Position numbers and translations under genes: made by a program | Notes under the pieces: model-generated | Seen by the model: the letters and a program-made list of their open reading frames with translations, nothing else | The model's database searches: none | What the model was told of the DNA's origin: nothing | Virus record (IMG/VR): IMGVR_UViG_3300032335_001233 | Coordinates: 32,001 to 96,000 of that record | DNA from: a virus | Lineage: Duplodnaviria > Caudoviricetes | Strand: one strand, 5' to 3' | DNA length: 64,000 nucleotides | Part shown: piece by piece, positions 37,690 to 47,619 of the stretch | Numbering within the stretch: position 1 is the stretch's first letter | Layout: each line of letters opens with the position of its first letter

Positions 37690-38387
37690 AAGCATACATA
37701 ATTCGACTGAAAAACAACGCCATGTCTGAGAAATACGCAGACCTTGGTGTTGCCCAGGCACGCAAATTTGGCATAGATGTTGAGTATTTTGACGGCATCA
37801 ACGGACTGGAATATCAACAGCATGTGGCACGATTAGGCATTGAACCAAGATACAAATTCAAAAAAGGTCGTGCCGGGGTGTTTGGTTGTTTTCTAAGTCA
37901 TTACTACCTATGGCAACAGTGTGCCGCAGGCCGTCAGCCTTTTTTGATTCTCGAACACGATGGATATGTTGTCAGACCTTTGCCTGACAACATACTTGAC
38001 ACATTTACGGATGTGCTCAAACTTGATGACCAGGATCCTTACTCAAAGCACTACGACACCACAATCACTGCTCAACTCAATCAACCCGTAGTTGTGAACA
38101 AATATCACAACCCGCAAGCAAAGACTGTGAATCACGGATCAGATTTTGTTGAAAAGATTGGCACAGGCAACTACCTTCGCGGCGCCTACAGTTACATTAT
38201 CAAACCACATGCAGCACAACGGCTAATTGACTGGATCAAACAAAATGGATTTGTTCCTGCTGATCAACAGATTGGAGATGCTGTGGTTGATATACAAGTA
38301 ACCGTGCCCACCATAGCAAGGCTGCACCCTGACTATCACAACCGAATCAAAGAAATGTCCTTGACCGGGAATCCTGATCTGTTGTGA
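37686..38387 (+). CDS. GT25 (LOS biosynthesis-like) glycosyltransferase
   Basis: GCFLSHY.LW, ILEHD, AYSYIIKP..A..L, PAD. Confidence 0.85.
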   Translation: MKAYIIRLKNNAMSEKYADLGVAQARKFGIDVEYFDGINGLEYQQHVARLGIEPRYKFKKGRAGVFGCFLSHYYLWQQCAAGRQPFLILEHDGYVVRPLPDNILDTFTDVLKLDDQDPYSKHYDTTITAQLNQPVVVNKYHNPQAKTVNHGSDFVEKIGTGNYLRGAYSYIIKPHAAQRLIDWIKQNGFVPADQQIGDAVVDIQVTVPTIARLHPDYHNRIKEMSLTGNPDLL

Positions 38388-38388
38388 G

Positions 38389-39318
38389 TTATTTCAAATA
38401 GGGCAAAAAACGTTGATAAATGTCGCCCCGTTGGCCTTCTTGATCACTCCAGTGCGCCGCAGCTAGTTCATGAATCCACTGAGTGCGATCAAACACCTGA
38501 GCTGACTCAATCTTGCTGATGTCATGATTGGACATTGCCCAACTCACACAGCTTTCATCATCGGCAAATATGGGTATGCCTTCGCAAACCGCAGCAACTG
38601 ATGCTGAACTGTTAAAGAACACCGCACTGTGCGCATGGGCAAGATCTTGCAATAAGGTAGTTCGCGTGGGATCAATCACTGTGACACGCAGACGTTTTTG
38701 AAAATGTGGATGTTGGAACTCGCCAAAGTCAGCATGCTTCCAGGCGCCAGGGTGAGGTCTCACCACTATGGGGCGTTGAGTATAGGCTCTGATGTGATTG
38801 ATTTTTTCCCGCAACCACTGAATAGGGTCCAACGTCTTCATGGCAAAACCGCCATCACGCTGCATGCAGATCAAGATGTGTCCTTGATTTCTCTGCTGTG
38901 TGGGCTTGAGTACAATGCCCAGTTGTGAACTAATTTGCTGCCATTTGAGAGCCGAAGCACCACGGTTGGCGTATTGTGCTTTGTCGTAAAATGGACCGTC
39001 CAAGCTGTATCGTAGATAACTGCCGGTGTCATCAAGATACTTGAAACAGCTAGCATCAACACACATGGTCTGAAATCCCTGACGACGCTGCTCGGCAATG
39101 ATCTGCTTGCGCAACACAATGTTACGGCCACCGGTGTTGGTGGTAGCCCATCCCAACATCACCGCAAGACGACTGGGGGTATAGCAATAGTCCCATTCCA
39201 CATGCACAGTGTCGCCCAGGGCTTTTACACCTTGTGCAAAACTTTCAAGACACTGTATCTTTCGAGGATGCTTGCGTGGATTGGCCACTGAACTCACATA
39301 TACCACAACATCAATCAC
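38389..39318 (-). CDS. Capsule-synthesis-like GT-B protein
   Basis: VRPHPG, FNSSASVAAVCEGIP, R..W...LA; start set at GTG (VIDVVV). Confidence 0.65.
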   Translation of the reverse strand: MIDVVVYVSSVANPRKHPRKIQCLESFAQGVKALGDTVHVEWDYCYTPSRLAVMLGWATTNTGGRNIVLRKQIIAEQRRQGFQTMCVDASCFKYLDDTGSYLRYSLDGPFYDKAQYANRGASALKWQQISSQLGIVLKPTQQRNQGHILICMQRDGGFAMKTLDPIQWLREKINHIRAYTQRPIVVRPHPGAWKHADFGEFQHPHFQKRLRVTVIDPTRTTLLQDLAHAHSAVFFNSSASVAAVCEGIPIFADDESCVSWAMSNHDISKIESAQVFDRTQWIHELAAAHWSDQEGQRGDIYQRFLPYLK

Positions 39319-40969
39319 CGTTGAGAATCCTCCATGCAGTTCCATCGCGCATTTCGGCTTCGGTGAATTGGCAGTAGGCCAAATGTGCTGCCCAGGCTGC
39401 TACTTCGTCCAAGGTGGGAATTCGTGGATTTTCAATGTCTGCCAGACTTTGACTGCACAGTGGGGCAGCAGCATTGGGTCCTAGTGTAATGGCTGGCTTG
39501 CCATTCAACAGTGCTTCGCCGGCAGCAATACTGCTAAAAGTCACCAAACAGTGTATGTCACGCTCCAGAGCCATGGCCATGGTGTCGGTGGTGACTCTCA
39601 CACTGCGACTCTGTTTGGTACGCAGCACAATGGGACGATCTGTGTGCTTGCGAATTTCTTCTTGAGTTTGTTCCAACCACTCTTCAAGATTGATGTTGTA
39701 GAGGTTTAACAACTTTTGACTGGGTGGTGCCAACAGTATGTTGCGTCCTGGATAGAATTTTTTTAATTGTACACCAGTTACAGACAATCGGTCATGTGGC
39801 CTTTCTATAATAGGACCAAACCATTGCACATCGTTTTTGGTGATTCTGTGATAGAGTTTTTTGCGAACATTGCCAAAGTAACCAGTGTCAATGTAGTAAA
39901 AGTCTCGTCCCGCAGCACGACAGGCAGTCATTTCTTTGCGTTTGGTGATGCCACGCAGTACCACTGGAGTGTCAGTGCTTTCTTCACGCTTCCATGTGCT
40001 TATTCTTCCGCCGGAACCTTGTATAAAACTTTGTAAGATAGGATCGTACACGTGACCTTTTTCCTTGTATTTTGTTTCCCCAGGCTCCATATCAATAGCC
40101 GCCACGGTGCCTGAATCAAGACCACGTAACTGTTCAACAATGCTGTCAAAACTGACGTCGTAATACACACCTTGGGGGTCAACTCTGTACTTTACAATGT
40201 CTTGAAACAGCTGAGCCATTGATTCAGGCACAAGGTCAAGTTGATGTCGTGGCGGTGGCGGCTCAGTTTGTGCCTCTTGGCCTCTTTGAACTTCCTGATA
40301 GTCGCGCAACCATAATCCACCATACTCACAGCCCATGTATTCTGGAAACCATGGACCACCTTCGGTGTAGTGTATGGCACTGGGTTTGCCATCTTGGGGC
40401 TCATGGTACCAGTTTACCAGCCAGTTCCATGCTGTGGGCAAGCTACCCAGCCACTCAGTCTTGACCTGCGGTATCCAACCAAACTGATGCAGTTGGCTGG
40501 GAGTAGCACGGTCAACATATTCTGTGGTAACCTTGGCGTTAACTTGGTGTGCACAGTTCCACAATATCATGCTGCTCCAGTTTTTTCTTGGATATACATG
40601 CTGTTGCTTGCCGTCCATTTTGACAGAAGCACTGGGTTGGTAATTGTGTTGCACCACTTGCACAGCACAGTCAGGATCGGCCAATGCAAACAGTTTGGCA
40701 ATGTCGTCCACAAACAAAAAGTCGCAGTCCACAAACACTGCCCAGCCTTGGTATTGATTGAGATGTGGTACCAAGAAGCGTGTGAGACTGAATTCTGTGC
40801 TGGCCTTGACGTCTACTGCTCGAGTATAGATGCCTTGATCTCTAAGTTCTTGTTGTTTGAGAAACACAATTTCCACCGGTATAGAACTGTGCTTGAGTAT
40901 GCTGTGAGCACATACGTCTGCTGCTTCGGGCTCACGACTGTCCCAACCAATGTATACTCTGTGGGTCAT
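39311..40969 (-). CDS. Fusion of a GT8-like glycosyltransferase and a capsule-synthesis-like GT-B domain
   Basis: IGWDSRE, STEFSLTRF, DCD, YPRKNWSS, HYTEGGPW; C-terminal half paralogous to 35688..36488. Confidence 0.8.
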   Translation of the reverse strand: MTHRVYIGWDSREPEAADVCAHSILKHSSIPVEIVFLKQQELRDQGIYTRAVDVKASTEFSLTRFLVPHLNQYQGWAVFVDCDFLFVDDIAKLFALADPDCAVQVVQHNYQPSASVKMDGKQQHVYPRKNWSSMILWNCAHQVNAKVTTEYVDRATPSQLHQFGWIPQVKTEWLGSLPTAWNWLVNWYHEPQDGKPSAIHYTEGGPWFPEYMGCEYGGLWLRDYQEVQRGQEAQTEPPPPRHQLDLVPESMAQLFQDIVKYRVDPQGVYYDVSFDSIVEQLRGLDSGTVAAIDMEPGETKYKEKGHVYDPILQSFIQGSGGRISTWKREESTDTPVVLRGITKRKEMTACRAAGRDFYYIDTGYFGNVRKKLYHRITKNDVQWFGPIIERPHDRLSVTGVQLKKFYPGRNILLAPPSQKLLNLYNINLEEWLEQTQEEIRKHTDRPIVLRTKQSRSVRVTTDTMAMALERDIHCLVTFSSIAAGEALLNGKPAITLGPNAAAPLCSQSLADIENPRIPTLDEVAAWAAHLAYCQFTEAEMRDGTAWRILNGD

Positions 40970-41727
40970 TGTCTTTCAATGTCCTCTTCACGACAGTTAG
41001 CGCCGTACTGGATTTCAATCAAGCGTAAAGGCACATCAGTTTCGTTGCACAGCATGTGCCAGTCACCGCAGGGAATATAAGTGCTTTCGTGTGCTTGCAT
41101 CACACAACGCAAATCATGATCAGTACTACTGTCCAAGGTATACACTGCGGCTGTGCCTTGTGCCACAAACCAAAACTCAGCACGTTGCTGATGTCGTTGC
41201 ATGCTGAGACAGGTCTTGGGGTTGACCGTGAGCTCTTTGAGTTTGACTTCAGGCCCTACTTCATGTAGCACACGATAATACCCCCAGCTTCGTTGAGTCT
41301 TGGGTGCTTTCCACTCCTCGAGAATCCAGCTAGAACTGTTTTTCTTGTCTTCACCGCCTACACCAAATTCAAAAGTTAGCTTGGAATCTACAACATCCAT
41401 TTCAGGGATGTTGGTGGCAGTGCGATCTCCACCGTTGGCAAAGATCAATTCTGCATCAGGATAGTGTGCTCGAACCTGGCGTATAAATTCACGGGCCGAA
41501 CCGTCACTGTCGTCAAAGGTATAAACTTCGTCTACCATGCTGAGATTGTTGATCACACACAGGCGTTCATTCCAAGGCATAAATGCCCGACCTTTTTTGC
41601 GTTCCAACCACTCATCACTGTTGATACCCACAATGAGCCTGTCGCCTAGGGTGCGAGCTGCTTTGAGATAGGCGATGTGTCCTGAATGTATGGGGTCAAA
41701 GCCGCCAGTTACAAGTGCTATTTTCAT
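40966..41727 (-). CDS. Cytidylyltransferase (HxGH) fused to a mannose-6-P-isomerase-type cupin
   Basis: GGFDPIHSGH, ANGGDR, NSSS; RSWG.Y, LSMQRH..RAEFW, EIQYG. Confidence 0.88.
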   Translation of the reverse strand: MKIALVTGGFDPIHSGHIAYLKAARTLGDRLIVGINSDEWLERKKGRAFMPWNERLCVINNLSMVDEVYTFDDSDGSAREFIRQVRAHYPDAELIFANGGDRTATNIPEMDVVDSKLTFEFGVGGEDKKNSSSWILEEWKAPKTQRSWGYYRVLHEVGPEVKLKELTVNPKTCLSMQRHQQRAEFWFVAQGTAAVYTLDSSTDHDLRCVMQAHESTYIPCGDWHMLCNETDVPLRLIEIQYGANCREEDIERQ

Positions 41728-41739
41728 GTTATTATATAT

Positions 41740-42444
41740 TCATTGTGTGTTGCTTCGATACAACTTTTTGATTTTCTCAAAACTGCGCTGTTTGAGTGTA
41801 ATTGCTAAGTCAGAAGAATGCGGAAAGGCTTCCGCGTGCACAATCCAAGCATTATCAAAGCAACGTTTAGTATCAAGATTATCTAAAGTGCCATATCGTT
41901 CAATTTCAATATAGTTCAAATGCTGTTGGCAATAGAATTTAACTTCTTCGTCAATGGTCCAATACAGTGATTTTTGTTGAAGTAGTTCCCAAGCAAACTG
42001 TTGAATTTGACCACATACTCTTTGGGAAAATACAATAGCACCTATTCCCCCTGTAGTATTATTGTGTTTTCGTCGCACAAGGTTTACAACGTCGTGATAT
42101 TGCAACATCTTATCTAGTTCAACAATATCAATATCACACACAGCCAAAGTATCGACGTCGCGAACCATGACATTGTGATCAGTCACTGGTAGCCGAACAA
42201 ATCTGCTTAATGGGTAATAGCCTAGGGCCTGTTTGCTGTCAACGGTACCAAAGTTAGCTTTAATATCATCAAAACTTTGTTTGTCATGATAGGTAATGTC
42301 CGCCTCAACTCCGTGCAGATCAAAATTGCTGTCAACTAATACCAAGCTGATCAAAGCGTCAGGCATGAATTGCCGAGTATTAGCCACAAACGTGGGAACA
42401 AATGCTTTGCAATATTTTGCATCTACAGCAGTGTGCACAATCAT
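41740..42444 (-). CDS. Putative GT-A-like protein (AT-rich)
   Basis: RF..LP and DVD motif. Confidence 0.5.
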   Translation of the reverse strand: MIVHTAVDAKYCKAFVPTFVANTRQFMPDALISLVLVDSNFDLHGVEADITYHDKQSFDDIKANFGTVDSKQALGYYPLSRFVRLPVTDHNVMVRDVDTLAVCDIDIVELDKMLQYHDVVNLVRRKHNNTTGGIGAIVFSQRVCGQIQQFAWELLQQKSLYWTIDEEVKFYCQQHLNYIEIERYGTLDNLDTKRCFDNAWIVHAEAFPHSSDLAITLKQRSFEKIKKLYRSNTQ

Positions 42445-42791
42445 GTTGCAGCTCGGCTACCCACAGTTTCACGTTTGATATCTTCATGGTCAAATTCAGC
42501 CCAGTACAGTTCAAATGCCACTGTGTTTTCGTGAGCAAAGAACTGATGATATTCGCCTGGCTGGACCTTGGTCCACTCACCGGGGCCCAGCACAGTAACA
42601 TCAACGAGGTCATAGTTGTTTTTCCACACGCGAATTTCCAAACGGCCAGTTTCCACAAAGAAACCGTTCCATTTGTGTCGGTGCAAATGTTTGCTGCAAG
42701 TACCGCCAGCTTTGATGTCAATGCGGTGGAATTCCAATACACCATTGGCTTCCAACAGCCGCGTTTCTCCCCAAATTTTGCCTGCTTTCAT
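42441..42791 (-). CDS. Cupin protein (sugar isomerase-like)
   Basis: KIWG, SKHLH..K.N.F.V..G, PGEYHQF. Confidence 0.8.
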   Translation of the reverse strand: MKAGKIWGETRLLEANGVLEFHRIDIKAGGTCSKHLHRHKWNGFFVETGRLEIRVWKNNYDLVDVTVLGPGEWTKVQPGEYHQFFAHENTVAFELYWAEFDHEDIKRETVGSRAAT

Positions 42792-42830
42792 AGACTCTCC
42801 AGTAGATCTATTTAACAGGCAAAATTTTAG

Positions 42831-43931
42831 TTAGAACAAATCCACTCGTTCCCAGGGCAAGTCAGCACGGCCAAAATGTCCATAGTTGGTAGTAGTGCTG
42901 TAGATGGGTCGAAACAGATCAAATCTGTCAATAATGCCGCGTGGTGACAAGTCAACGTTATCTTGTACCCACTTGGTAAGTTCGCGCCCTTGGTTGGTGT
43001 CTGCTGTTTCAATATAGAAACTCATGGGCTGGGCCAGGCCAATTGCGTAACTGATCTGGCAAGTGGCCCATGGTGCGCGACCACTGGCCACAATGTTCTT
43101 GGCAATGTATCGCATCATGTAGGCGGCACTGCGATCTACCTTAGTAGGATCCTTGCCGGAAAAAGCACCACCTCCATGAGGACTATAGCCGCCGTAAGTA
43201 TCAACAATAATCTTACGACCTGTGAGACCTGTATCGCCATCAGGTCCGCCAATAACAAACCTACCAGTAGGATTAATAAAAAATTCAGTGTTGCTGTCAA
43301 CATATTGCTCCGGTAAGATACTGCGAATTACACTTTCAACGGATTGTCTAACTTGCTCAATGCCCACAGACTCGTGGTGTTGTGTTGAACAAACAACTTT
43401 GGCAATGCGTCGTGGAGTACCGTCATCGTTGTATTCAAATGTTACTTGGCTCTTGGCGTCGGGGCCCAACCAATTCAGTGCTAGACTCTTGCGTACCTGG
43501 GTCAATGTCTCCACAATGCGATGGCTCCAATAAATGGCACTGGGCATGTGGTTGTCGGTTTCATTGCAGGCATATCCAAACATGAGTCCTTGATCACCAG
43601 CACCAAACGTGTCTGTGCCCAGCGCAATATCAGCACTTTGCCCATGCAACAGATTGGTAACTTCCAACGTTTGCCAGTCAAAGCCTGCCTGCTGGTAACC
43701 AATGTTCTTGACTATCCGACGCACAGCAGATTCTACTTCCTCATGATGCAACACACCTTTGTATTCACCAGCCACAACCACGCGATTGGTAGTGACCAAG
43801 GTTTCGCAGGCACAGCGCAGCGTGGGGTCTTGATGTTGCATCACAAGATCCAACACAGCATCCGATATTGCATCGGCCACTTTGTCGGGGTGTCCCTCGC
43901 TCACGCTTTCACTAGTAAACAAATAACTCAT
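42831..43931 (-). CDS. metK: S-adenosylmethionine synthetase
   Basis: FTSESVSEGHPDK, GAGDQG, GRKIIVDTYGG, GGGAFSGKD. Confidence 0.98.
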   Translation of the reverse strand: MSYLFTSESVSEGHPDKVADAISDAVLDLVMQHQDPTLRCACETLVTTNRVVVAGEYKGVLHHEEVESAVRRIVKNIGYQQAGFDWQTLEVTNLLHGQSADIALGTDTFGAGDQGLMFGYACNETDNHMPSAIYWSHRIVETLTQVRKSLALNWLGPDAKSQVTFEYNDDGTPRRIAKVVCSTQHHESVGIEQVRQSVESVIRSILPEQYVDSNTEFFINPTGRFVIGGPDGDTGLTGRKIIVDTYGGYSPHGGGAFSGKDPTKVDRSAAYMMRYIAKNIVASGRAPWATCQISYAIGLAQPMSFYIETADTNQGRELTKWVQDNVDLSPRGIIDRFDLFRPIYSTTTNYGHFGRADLPWERVDLF

Positions 43932-43950
43932 ACATTCCTTTTAAAATTTA

Positions 43951-44403
43951 TCACAGTGTGACATCTTCCATGCCAGCTGTGCGCAGTTTGACCACGTGAC
44001 CCATTTGCCACTGCTTGGTGTCAAGGCCTTTCATGATACCCAGCCAACGATTGCGCAACAATGCCACTTCGTTTATGATGGTTTCAAAGTCCACAACTTC
44101 ATCCTCACCATCCACGTATTTTTCAGCGTCGCGACTGGTCAAGGCACGTGCGTAACCTTCAAGATACTTTTGAAAGTGGCGACGTCGCAATTTGCGTAGC
44201 TGTATGTTGAGATAGTTCAGCACAGCTTCAATCTCTTGTAGTTGATTGAATCTGTGTTCGGTGATGCCGGGCAGTTCTTTGATGTTGCGTTCCAGCACAC
44301 CAGATACTCGGCAGTCTGATTTGGCCTGTTCTAGTTCAACCTCATAATGTGCAATGAAGTCTGGTATGCAGCCTAGATCAGCAACAACTTGGCTGTACCA
44401 CAT
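43951..44403 (-). CDS. uvsY: Recombination mediator, UvsY-like
   Basis: AEKYVDGEDE..., adjacent to recA. Confidence 0.7.
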   Translation of the reverse strand: MWYSQVVADLGCIPDFIAHYEVELEQAKSDCRVSGVLERNIKELPGITEHRFNQLQEIEAVLNYLNIQLRKLRRRHFQKYLEGYARALTSRDAEKYVDGEDEVVDFETIINEVALLRNRWLGIMKGLDTKQWQMGHVVKLRTAGMEDVTL

Positions 44404-44663
44404 CAGTCATCCCAGTTTTCGTCGTCGTAGTCAGCTTCTTCTTCCTCGTACTCGGCTTCGCTTTCGTCGTGTCCTTGATCAAGATAGTCAGCCAAGGCAC
44501 GTTTGACATCAGTGTCATGCGCAAAGCTCTCACGGATATCCTCGGGATCGCAATCATGTTCAATCATGATGGCAATCATGTTTTCGGCTGCTTCGTTACG
44601 ATCCACGGTGTTGATGTAACGCTTGAGTTCGCCCCAAATTTCATTGATCATTCCCACTTGCAT
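44403..44663 (-). CDS. Acidic hypothetical protein
   Basis: Coupled ORF. Confidence 0.6.
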   Translation of the reverse strand: MQVGMINEIWGELKRYINTVDRNEAAENMIAIMIEHDCDPEDIRESFAHDTDVKRALADYLDQGHDESEAEYEEEEADYDDENWDD

Positions 44664-45718
44664 TATTCGCTTTCCTCTTCAACTGTAGCAACGGTTTCTT
44701 TTTGATTCTTGAAGTCTCGCATGACTTTGTCTAGGCAGCCGTCTTCGTTAGATTCCCAACCCTTGCGAAAGTATTTTATGATCTCACCGTCAGAGGTCAC
44801 AAACATCAGTCGGTTGCCATCTTTCTTGAGCAAGCCTTTTTTCTCAGCCAAGTCTGTGAGACCCGAGTAAGGGTTCATCCCAGTTTCATATGGAATCTTG
44901 ACCTGCACGCCTTCAAAAGGTTTGGCATAACGTGTTTTCATGACCTTGCAGGCCGATCGAATACCCATGACGTCACTGACTTTGTTGCCATCTTCGTCTT
45001 CTTTGAGCTTGAGTTTCTTCATAGCCACCACAATAGATGAGGCATAGATAAAGCCCTGACCACCCGAGATCTTGTCGTCAGGGTCAAACATGTCCTGACT
45101 GGCGTAGGTATGATTGGTACACACCAGGCCCACGTTGTAGCTACCAAACATGTTGACACAGTTACGAACCAAGGCTGTAAGTGCTTTGGGTTTACGCCCC
45201 AAGTCACCTTTCATTTCGCCTGCATCAAATTGGTTAACGTCTGTGGGTGTGAGCAACATGCCCAAGCTGTCAATCACAAACATGACCTTGGGACGTTCGC
45301 CTTCGGCCAAGGCCTTGTAGTCCGACATGAATGTGGAAATAGTCTTGGCCACGTCGTCAATCATGGCCATGCTGAGCTTGAGCAGTTTGCTTTCGGAAGT
45401 GTCCACGCCCAAGGCCTTGAGCCAGTCTTCATCTAGGGCGTTTTCTGAATCAATCAGCACCACAAAGATACCTTGCTCTTGTGCGTTCTTGATGATGTTG
45501 CCCGAGCAGATGTAACTCTTGCCAGCGCCTGATTCTCCAGCAAACACAGTGACTTTACCCAAGGGAATGCCACGGTTGAAATCACCCGAGATAAGATAGT
45601 TCAAGGCATAATTCCCGGTGCTGACCCAGTCAGTGGGATCATTGAAGCCAATAGAGAGGCCGTCAATGCTCTTGGTAATTTCCTTGCGGAACTTTGATAC
45701 GTCAAATGGTTTGGCCAT
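44663..45718 (-). CDS. uvsX: RecA/UvsX recombinase
   Basis: GESGAGKS, IDSENALD, IDSLGML, TNHTY, SGG. Confidence 0.95.
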   Translation of the reverse strand: MAKPFDVSKFRKEITKSIDGLSIGFNDPTDWVSTGNYALNYLISGDFNRGIPLGKVTVFAGESGAGKSYICSGNIIKNAQEQGIFVVLIDSENALDEDWLKALGVDTSESKLLKLSMAMIDDVAKTISTFMSDYKALAEGERPKVMFVIDSLGMLLTPTDVNQFDAGEMKGDLGRKPKALTALVRNCVNMFGSYNVGLVCTNHTYASQDMFDPDDKISGGQGFIYASSIVVAMKKLKLKEDEDGNKVSDVMGIRSACKVMKTRYAKPFEGVQVKIPYETGMNPYSGLTDLAEKKGLLKKDGNRLMFVTSDGEIIKYFRKGWESNEDGCLDKVMRDFKNQKETVATVEEESE

Positions 45719-45738
45719 GATATTTTTCCTTAATATGC

Positions 45739-46353
45739 TTATATTATACTATACTTTGTTGTCAAGATCATCTTGATATTGCCGTTTTCGACATCGGAGT
45801 TGACTGGCGTGATCTCTAAATACTCACACTCTATGCCAACTTTCTGTAGTTCTTTCAGTTGTATTGCAACTATGTCAACTACTGAATATTTTAATCTATC
45901 GTAATAAATATGCCAGTCTGATACGCTTAGATAAATTTTACCCGTCTTTTTGAGCCATGTCAGCAGATTTGGTTTACTGAGCCCTGACCGATTTATACGT
46001 TGATTTACCAAAAAGTCCAATATACTACTGTTATACTTTTGCGACAGTGGGTTTATTAAAATTAGATTATCAAATTCTCTATCAAAGTCAATGCCTTGAT
46101 TACTATATAGCATGCCATCTACTGATTTGATCGGACAAGGCAAAACTTCTACTACTGTTATGTCTGGCATAAAGTCTTTGAAAAACAATCCTCCACTGTT
46201 GAACACTACGGATGAACCTTGACAACTTTCAATTATTTTTTGAGACCAAGGATCACAAATTTTTTCTGCTCTGTGCCGATTTCTAATGTAGGAATCCCAT
46301 TTGTACAATGCGTTCTTCCACATCTTGTACCTTGCGACTCTTGTGGTTTTCAT
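45739..46353 (-). CDS. Hypothetical protein (AT-rich cassette)
   Basis: 204-aa ORF. Confidence 0.55.
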   Translation of the reverse strand: MKTTRVARYKMWKNALYKWDSYIRNRHRAEKICDPWSQKIIESCQGSSVVFNSGGLFFKDFMPDITVVEVLPCPIKSVDGMLYSNQGIDFDREFDNLILINPLSQKYNSSILDFLVNQRINRSGLSKPNLLTWLKKTGKIYLSVSDWHIYYDRLKYSVVDIVAIQLKELQKVGIECEYLEITPVNSDVENGNIKMILTTKYSII

Positions 46354-46354
46354 G

Positions 46355-46882
46355 TTACTCTTTCCATAAAAAATATTTTATGTTTGGGTGCACAAAAATA
46401 TAATTACTTCCTTCTATCATGTAGCCTTGTTGGTGTGCCAATTGTAAAGGATTGTCAATTACTGTACTTAGATCCTCGATGCGGCCAGCAAACGAGCAGT
46501 TTTTCCTAAACACAGTGTTAATATTTTCACTGTAGGTTCCTGTTAATGTTTCATCAAAATGCATCGGTGCAAGGTAATAACTTAACGCTGCTATGTAAAT
46601 ACCACGTTTACTTTTGTTATAACAGTTTTGGTAGAGAGAAAATAGTTCTTCAAAACGAAGTTTACTCAATTCGATATCTGTAATAATGTAGAGATCTGGC
46701 TGTTGTCCTGGTGCGCATTCAAAAGTATTCAGTAGCTGTTTGATGCTATAATGACAATAATCAAAATTCAAAGATAAATCCATTGGTGCTATAATGTTGG
46801 CCAACACAGTATCTGGCGGAATATTATTCCACCCTTGTACGTCCTTTTGCATTTTATACCAATCGTGAAATCTCTTGCTCAT
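46355..46882 (-). CDS. Hypothetical protein (AT-rich cassette)
   Basis: 175-aa ORF ending FVHP...YF. Confidence 0.55.
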   Translation of the reverse strand: MSKRFHDWYKMQKDVQGWNNIPPDTVLANIIAPMDLSLNFDYCHYSIKQLLNTFECAPGQQPDLYIITDIELSKLRFEELFSLYQNCYNKSKRGIYIAALSYYLAPMHFDETLTGTYSENINTVFRKNCSFAGRIEDLSTVIDNPLQLAHQQGYMIEGSNYIFVHPNIKYFLWKE

Positions 46883-47619
46883 GACAATATTTCTATTAGA
46901 TGACTTGTGCTAGTTGGCGGAGCATGTAATAGAGTCAAGTCAATATGCGAAACGTTGTAATGCTTCAGCAGCATCGAATGACACATTGCAGTCTCGTAAA
47001 AACTCAAATCAATCTCGTGTATTTTTTTTAAAATAACATTGTCAACTATCTTTTGACATTTTGCTACACTATCGTAATACGTCTGATTTGAAGCTGATGC
47101 AAGTTTGCAAAACTCTTCTACTTGACTGTGTACAGGAGTAAGTCCTAACTGATCTAACCATGCAGAAATATGTGCTGGATTATTCCAATAATCTACAATG
47201 TCCAATTTGTAATCACAATCTATATACCAATCCGAATCGGACGATATTTTATCCTTTAGTGTTACTGACAGTATTTCTAGCTGCTCACCGTATGTCTGTC
47301 CGTGCTGCTTGTATACCACAGGATCATTGTGATTTGGTATATCGCCTATCCACTTCTTTAGTCCCATTAGTAAAATTAAATAACGACCAAAAAAAGTTGT
47401 TGATGTAGAACAAGCCACTTTGTTGCCCAACGCTTGTTCTGCAAGTACATTACATTTAGGATGCTGTAGTCGAAACAACACACATTGAGGAATATAATGA
47501 TGTAAGTTCTGTTGATTGATAAAAGAGGGGAACTCTTTGTTCCCCTCTTTTGTGCATGTCTCAATGAGAGCCATGGTTGTATGGCCCATAGCCCCATTAT
47601 GATAGCAAAAAACCAACAT
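46879..47619 (-). CDS. Hypothetical protein, divergent sulfotransferase/P-loop-like N-terminus
   Basis: MLVFCYHNGAMGH; TAATG overlap with the SSB stop. Confidence 0.5.
   Translation of the reverse strand: MLVFCYHNGAMGHTTMALIETCTKEGNKEFPSFINQQNLHHYIPQCVLFRLQHPKCNVLAEQALGNKVACSTSTTFFGRYLILLMGLKKWIGDIPNHNDPVVYKQHGQTYGEQLEILSVTLKDKISSDSDWYIDCDYKLDIVDYWNNPAHISAWLDQLGLTPVHSQVEEFCKLASASNQTYYDSVAKCQKIVDNVILKKIHEIDLSFYETAMCHSMLLKHYNVSHIDLTLLHAPPTSTSHLIEILS

Noticed and set aside
45743-45765. TTGACA and TATAAT upstream of recA
   Set aside because: The spacer is only 11 nt, so it is not a canonical sigma70 promoter.
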